Below, piece by piece: positions 52,419 to 56,568 of a DNA stretch of 56,568 bases (position 1 is its first letter; each line of letters opens with the position of its first letter). A program made the translations under genes and the position numbers. The notes below the pieces were generated by a model. The model saw only the letters and a list, made by a program, of their open reading frames with translations, was not told where the DNA came from and did no database searches. Origin of the DNA: a virus. The stretch lies in IMG/VR virus record IMGVR_UViG_3300045988_108312; one strand, written 5' to 3'.

Positions 52419-52601
52419 ATGAGACGAACAAATCTTAGCGTTGCGGAACAGTTGACAAGAGACAGTGCAAGAGGTCAGATGCAAAGTATGAAATGTACGG
52501 ATGATGCAAAGGAAAGTTTCCGGCACAAGCCGTACAGCTATGATACATCTGTAACATCACAGAATCGGTCAGAATTGATTAAATTACCGTCAATGAGGTA
52601 A
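52419..52601 (+). CDS. Hypothetical 60-aa protein
   Basis: RBS AGAGGGGGA. Confidence 0.45.
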   Translation: MRRTNLSVAEQLTRDSARGQMQSMKCTDDAKESFRHKPYSYDTSVTSQNRSELIKLPSMR

Positions 52602-52618
52602 TGGGAAGTGAGGTAAAA

Positions 52619-52834
52619 ATGGAAGAAGAAGCAAAAGAACAGATTAAGGCAATGTTGCTGTTATTAGCAAATACACTACAGAATAATCGCGTAAGTATGG
52701 CAACTGACACAAAAGGGAATCTATATTTTTTTGATACAGAGACTTTTTTAAAAAATCGAGAATACAGTGGACTAAGAGTAAACATACAAGAATTGGTGGG
52801 TAGTAACGATGAAATCTACACAGAACCGCTATAA
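52619..52834 (+). CDS. Hypothetical 71-aa protein
   Basis: ATG 52619 after GGAAGTGAGG (the track start 52601 has no RBS). Confidence 0.5.
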   Translation: MEEEAKEQIKAMLLLLANTLQNNRVSMATDTKGNLYFFDTETFLKNREYSGLRVNIQELVGSNDEIYTEPL

Positions 52835-52846
52835 GGAGTTGATAAA

Positions 52847-53425
52847 ATGCGACAAAGAAGTAAATCCGAACTGCTATTGAACATGAGAGCGTATGAATCT
52901 CTGAAAAAGACAAAGGCAGACGGAACAGAAATAAACGAAAGAGCGCCGTATTGGAGAATGGGAGTAGAATGGTCTTATACACTTTGGAAGATTGAAAACT
53001 GGTCTGCTAACGAGATTGCGAAACTTCTATCTTACGTGGCAGAACATGATGTGACCGATTTATCCGAAGAACGGCGAGAAGAAATCAGATGTATGCTAAA
53101 GGATAAAGTGCGGTGGGTTCTTAAGAATCGGGCGGTTGTAAACGCTAAGAATGTAGTAGATATCGCAATTCAAAACAATCAAGAAAATTGCACAAGAATT
53201 ATGGTTGATTACTGCTTATTGGCTTGCGAATATCTTATGAGTAATAAAGGGTACAGCACTAAAAGACTGAACAGGGTTATGGATAATGTGTATGCGTTGG
53301 ATAACCAAAATGCTGTGCAGGTATGCAATATGCGGAAAGAATTATTTGACCATAAGGGCATCTGGATTGACCTAAATGGGGATATGCCAGAGGAAGTATC
53401 GGAGGTAATACAGAATGGAAAATAA
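52847..53425 (+). CDS. Hypothetical 192-aa protein
   Basis: RBS TAAGGAG. Confidence 0.65.
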   Translation: MRQRSKSELLLNMRAYESLKKTKADGTEINERAPYWRMGVEWSYTLWKIENWSANEIAKLLSYVAEHDVTDLSEERREEIRCMLKDKVRWVLKNRAVVNAKNVVDIAIQNNQENCTRIMVDYCLLACEYLMSNKGYSTKRLNRVMDNVYALDNQNAVQVCNMRKELFDHKGIWIDLNGDMPEEVSEVIQNGK

Positions 53426-53618
53426 ACACACAATGTCAGACTTATATCAGATGCAATCACTTCCGCTATCTGTAAAAATCAGAATGACCGTCAAAGAGCT
53501 TTTAAGAAAGTTGGACATTTTAACAAACGATACGAATTTATCGTTGGAAGAATGTATAAACTTTTATAGGGCAAAGGCGGTTGCGCAGAGAATTTATGAA
53601 GGGAGCTGTGGAAAATGA
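53415..53618 (+). CDS. Hypothetical 67-aa protein
   Basis: Overlapping operon packing. Confidence 0.5.
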   Translation: MENKHTMSDLYQMQSLPLSVKIRMTVKELLRKLDILTNDTNLSLEECINFYRAKAVAQRIYEGSCGK

Positions 53619-54127
53619 CAGAGAATGAAGCAATCGAAAGATTGAAGTGCATGAGATTATTTATGAAGTTGGAGGATAAAGAAAATAAATCCAAATTTCT
53701 TGACAGTGATTATGAAGCAAACCACATGGCAATAAAGGCACTTGAAACAGTACAGAAATACAAAGACCTTGAATCTGAATTATCTAAACGCAATCTGACA
53801 ATCGACCATATCAGGGAATACATACAGTTTGAGGACGAATGTGTAAAACATGAATTTACTTTTAAATCCCTGTTGGAAGCAAGAGAGAAGCAGAGCGGAA
53901 ATAATCCAATTTTAAGTATGTATGAAAAAGGTTGTATGGCTATTGACTATGCAGATGGGCGTGGAGAAATAAAACAGACTGAAAACAATTTCTGGCGTTG
54001 TCCTAAATGCAAATCAGTTGTTGGAGAAAGAATTATTGTACATGACAGAATTCATGACCAGCGGAAAAAGAAATATTGTGAAAATTGTGGTCAGAAAATC
54101 GACTGGGAGGTTGTGAAAAATGAATGA
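53615..54127 (+). CDS. Hypothetical protein with a C-terminal zinc ribbon
   Basis: CPKCKS...CENCGQ. Confidence 0.6.
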   Translation: MTENEAIERLKCMRLFMKLEDKENKSKFLDSDYEANHMAIKALETVQKYKDLESELSKRNLTIDHIREYIQFEDECVKHEFTFKSLLEAREKQSGNNPILSMYEKGCMAIDYADGRGEIKQTENNFWRCPKCKSVVGERIIVHDRIHDQRKKKYCENCGQKIDWEVVKNE

Positions 54128-54206
54128 TGCATGGAAAGCTGTACTGACTGTGATTGTTCTGCTTGTTGCAATGATGATTGATAGTCGGTGCGATAGTGAG
54201 TATTAG
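54120..54206 (+). CDS. 28-aa hydrophobic peptide
   Basis: RBS GGGAGG 8 nt upstream; AVLTVIVLLVAMMI. Confidence 0.4.
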   Translation: MNDAWKAVLTVIVLLVAMMIDSRCDSEY

Positions 54207-54327
54207 ACAAAATATGGATTTGGCACAGAAAGGAACAATGAAATGGGAGTGTGTTTAACAAGTAAAAAATCTGATTATTCATTTGATATGGGATATATCG
54301 GTTTTAAGAATTTACGGAGGTATAAGA

Positions 54328-54483
54328 ATGATATTATTGCAAGACGGTGTAGAAGTGCTTTGCCCGATTGGATATTGTAAAGCAGATGATAAAAAAAGAA
54401 ATCCAAATGATATAGAACAATGTCCGATTGGGTGTGAAACGTGCGCCGGAGACTGTTTTTATTATGATGAGGATTTAAACTAA
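54328..54483 (+). CDS. Small Cys-rich 51-aa protein
   Basis: ATG 54328 after ACGGAGG; C..GYC...C..GCETCAGDC. Confidence 0.45.
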   Translation: MILLQDGVEVLCPIGYCKADDKKRNPNDIEQCPIGCETCAGDCFYYDEDLN

Positions 54484-54530
54484 ACTTAAAGTTTAGGAGT
54501 ATATAGAATTAAAGGAGAAGAGTAAAGTAT

Positions 54531-54842
54531 ATGGATTTATTAAAAAGAGTGGCAAATTATTTTGCATATGAGTATCAGGGTGATGATAAAACCGCCCCAG
54601 AGTTTAGAGTAGGCGTTGATGATTTGCGAGAAATTGCAAGTATAAATGTGGATAAGTGCAGATTAGAAACAGAATTAAGGGAAGCCAGAGAAACCATAAG
54701 AAAATTGCTTTGTTCTGAGTATGGTAGTTCATGTTCTTTTTGCATACATGATAATAATCCTGATGCAATGTGTTGTAATGTTGGTGGTAGCGGAAGCTGG
54801 TGTTGCGAAAATGCTAAATGGAATGGAAGAAGCAAGGAATAA
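54531..54842 (+). CDS. Cys-rich 103-aa protein
   Basis: RBS AAAGGAGAAG; CSEYGSSCSFC...CCNVGGSGSWCC. Confidence 0.55.
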   Translation: MDLLKRVANYFAYEYQGDDKTAPEFRVGVDDLREIASINVDKCRLETELREARETIRKLLCSEYGSSCSFCIHDNNPDAMCCNVGGSGSWCCENAKWNGRSKE

Positions 54843-54885
54843 TAAACGATTAAATTAAAACTGATTAAAGTTTAACGGAGGAAAT

Positions 54886-55371
54886 ATGAGCAATCGACCA
54901 GAAATTACGAAAGAACTTTCTCTTTCGCTAGAAAGATATATAAATCCTAAAAATGATACAAGAATTTATATGGCTAAAGAAGTCACATTTGATTATGCCA
55001 CAGGACACGCAATTAGAGTGGATTATATGAGATTTAAGCCTGTAAATAATACAGTCTCCGGCATTGAAAAAGGAGATTTTTACTGTTATGAGATAAAATC
55101 TTCTGTTGAGGATTTTCATTCTGGGCATGGCTTAAATTTTATCGGTGATTACAACTATCTTGTAATGCCAGAGGAAGTATATGTGGCGGTATCAAAAGAA
55201 ATTCAATATTTTGTCGGCGTGATTGTACCAGCAGAAAGTAGTCGGTGTAATAATTGGAGAGAGCTGACAGTAATTAAGAATGCGAAACGCATAAATAGAG
55301 AAAAATCATTATCAGAAATGCTTTTTATGATGTTTCGTTCTGCATCAAGAGATAGATATAAGTTATCTTAA
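54886..55371 (+). CDS. PD-(D/E)xK nuclease-like (MmcB-like) protein (putative)
   Basis: RBS ACGGAGG; RVDYMRF...FYCYEIKSSVEDF...GDYNYLVMP resembles the D...ExK layout. Confidence 0.45.
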   Translation: MSNRPEITKELSLSLERYINPKNDTRIYMAKEVTFDYATGHAIRVDYMRFKPVNNTVSGIEKGDFYCYEIKSSVEDFHSGHGLNFIGDYNYLVMPEEVYVAVSKEIQYFVGVIVPAESSRCNNWRELTVIKNAKRINREKSLSEMLFMMFRSASRDRYKLS

Positions 55372-55395
55372 ACTGAAATTTAAGGAGTAACGCTT

Positions 55396-55779
55396 ATGAA
55401 GAGTGACATAGTATCTTTTGAGTTTGTAAGAATCAATCGTGCCAGAGGTAAAATATGCAAATGCAATCCACCACATTATGAAGTAGATACCACCAACAGG
55501 ATAGTTACTTGCAGCGATTGCGGAGCGGTTATTGATGCATTTGACACACTTGTACATTTGACAGAAATGCATGAGGATATTGAGGAAACGCAACAAAGAA
55601 TGTTATCTAAGGCGCAGAGTTATGCTAAGCTGGCAGATGAGGAATTTCAAAGAATGAGAAGGAATAAAGTTTTTAGGGATATGGAAAGTAACTATCGTAA
55701 TGGTTTGTTTCCAATGTGTCCCAAGTGCATGCAAGCGTTTGATCCTGTACATATACAGGGTTGGACAAGAGGTAATTAG
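55396..55779 (+). CDS. Zinc-finger protein
   Basis: RBS TAAGGAG; CKC...CSDC...CPKC. Confidence 0.55.
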   Translation: MKSDIVSFEFVRINRARGKICKCNPPHYEVDTTNRIVTCSDCGAVIDAFDTLVHLTEMHEDIEETQQRMLSKAQSYAKLADEEFQRMRRNKVFRDMESNYRNGLFPMCPKCMQAFDPVHIQGWTRGN

Positions 55780-55819
55780 TGGATTCGTCATAGAATAAGG
55801 ATTTAAGGAGTGATAAAGA

Positions 55820-56563
55820 ATGAGCATAAAGCCTATATTATTTAATACTGATATGGTTCGGGCAATTCTGGACGGAAGAAAAGGTTGTACCAGACGAATT
55901 GTAAAAGGATTCATTCCAAATGATGCAAAATGGGGATATACCGCTTTTACACCTAAAGGGTGCATATCGTGTAGAGGTACATTTGCAGATGGGTATGGAG
56001 AGAAATTCTTTAAGTTGCCTTGCGAGCCGGGCGATATCCTTTATGTCAGAGAAACATGGCAATGTTGGCGAGCACACCGATACGAAGCAACTGCTGACAT
56101 AAGATTCAGAGCAGGCGGAGATGATGTGAGGTTGCAATTTGCAAATGGAAATACAGATTCCATAGACCGATTAGACTATGACACATTTGTACATAAGTGG
56201 TTTTGCCACAATGGAGAGTGGAAACCATCATTATTTATGCCGAAAGAAGCCGCACGCATCTGGCTTAAGGTTACGGATGTGAGAGTAGAGCGGCTGCAGG
56301 AGATGAAGCCGGTTGATGTGATAAAAGAGGGAGCTTATCCTGATTGTTGGGATTGTCTTAATACATACGGAGAAAGCGGTTCGCAGTGCTGTTATGGGAC
56401 AGAAGAACAGTGCAGTCAATGTGATGAAGTGATGATGGAATGGGAAAAACTTTGGACCTCCACCATCAAGAAATCCGACCTTGACTGGTATGGTTGGAGT
56501 GCAAACCCTTGGGTATGGGTGATCGAATTTGAACGGTGTGAAAAGCCAAAAGAAGAAAACTAA
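55820..56563 (+). CDS. ASCH/PUA-like domain protein (putative)
   Basis: RBS TAAGGAGTG; KPILFNTDMVRAILDGRKGCTRRIV...GDILYVRETW. The 3' end (56470-56563) lies within the terminal duplication, so it is also present at bases 1..94. Confidence 0.55.
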   Translation: MSIKPILFNTDMVRAILDGRKGCTRRIVKGFIPNDAKWGYTAFTPKGCISCRGTFADGYGEKFFKLPCEPGDILYVRETWQCWRAHRYEATADIRFRAGGDDVRLQFANGNTDSIDRLDYDTFVHKWFCHNGEWKPSLFMPKEAARIWLKVTDVRVERLQEMKPVDVIKEGAYPDCWDCLNTYGESGSQCCYGTEEQCSQCDEVMMEWEKLWTSTIKKSDLDWYGWSANPWVWVIEFERCEKPKEEN

Positions 56564-56568
56564 ACTGA
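56470..56568 (+). repeat. Terminal direct repeat copy 2 (identical to 1..99)
   Basis: See copy 1. Confidence 0.95.

Larger units (their letters stand above)
1..56568. mobile_element. Complete temperate siphovirus-like phage genome (circularly closed contig, unit length 56,469 bp)
   Basis: Integrase, CI-like repressor, terS/terL, portal, capsid, tail, tape measure and lysis genes all present; 99-bp exact terminal overlap. Confidence 0.85.

Noticed and set aside
52310-52436. Cys-rich reading frame (..CWHTYKCDYAYKVGKCRGCDLTEC..) after the replication-initiator-like gene
   Set aside because: It is open for ~42 codons but has no ATG/GTG/TTG start or RBS, and it overlaps a 27-codon ATG ORF in another frame. 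Evidence is insufficient to call a gene. It might instead be origin DNA.
1-56568. Retron, DGR, CRISPR-Cas, transposon or IS element
   Set aside because: No reverse-transcriptase, Cas, transposase or TnpB-like ORF is recognisable. The only recombinase is the serine integrase.

Overview
The window is one complete temperate siphovirus-type phage (or excised prophage) genome. The host is AT-rich with strong Shine-Dalgarno use, so probably a spore-forming Clostridia/Bacillota. Bases 1-99 are identical to 56470-56568, so the contig is a circularly closed assembly with a unit length of 56,469 bp.

Gene order (+ strand unless stated):
- A small HTH regulator and a large serine integrase (695-2056), followed by a candidate attP inverted repeat.
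- A terminator-bounded cassette of five odd low-complexity/Cys-rich proteins (2.2-5.3 kb).
- An accessory region (5.3-12.9 kb) built from self-contained promoter/operator/terminator units. It holds three ribbon-helix-helix regulators, an ORF6N antirepressor, an HExxH peptidase, a minus-strand three-gene island with a DarT-like ADP-ribosyltransferase candidate, a run of small acidic proteins, and a 711-bp ORF-free gap.
- A 770-bp repeat-rich non-coding region, then terS (13683).
- An unusual 3.9-kb insert separating terS from terL. It carries a ~0.5-0.6 kb densely structured RNA-like element with a tRNA-like minihelix, and a LemA-centred membrane-protein operon.
- terL, portal, scaffold, major capsid and connectors (with two holin-like genes embedded).
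- Major tail protein, a -1 frameshifted tail chaperone, a GH25 endolysin sitting between chaperone and tape measure, the tape measure, a DUF4352 moron, and baseplate/fibre genes.
- A CI-like repressor (minus strand) with divergent promoters.
- An early region with an ORF6N paralogue, a receiver-less Spo0A C-terminal-domain homologue, OB-fold proteins, an SMC/Rad50-like ATPase, a RecT-like annealase, an orphan radical-SAM enzyme, an MBL-fold hydrolase, SSB, a GIY-YIG nuclease, YopX, a replication-initiator-like protein and many small Cys-rich proteins.

I saw no rRNA, canonical tRNA, CRISPR array, transposase or reverse transcriptase.

The most interesting items are:
- the structured RNA-like element at 15.15-15.8 kb;
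- the DarT-like minus-strand island;
- the LemA cassette that splits the terminase genes;
- a sporulation-flavoured gene set (Spo0A_C-like, BclA-C-like, Gly-rich TM/Cys-rich protein);
- the orphan radical-SAM gene.

All functional calls come from motif recognition by eye and from memory of protein families. None was verified by a database search.
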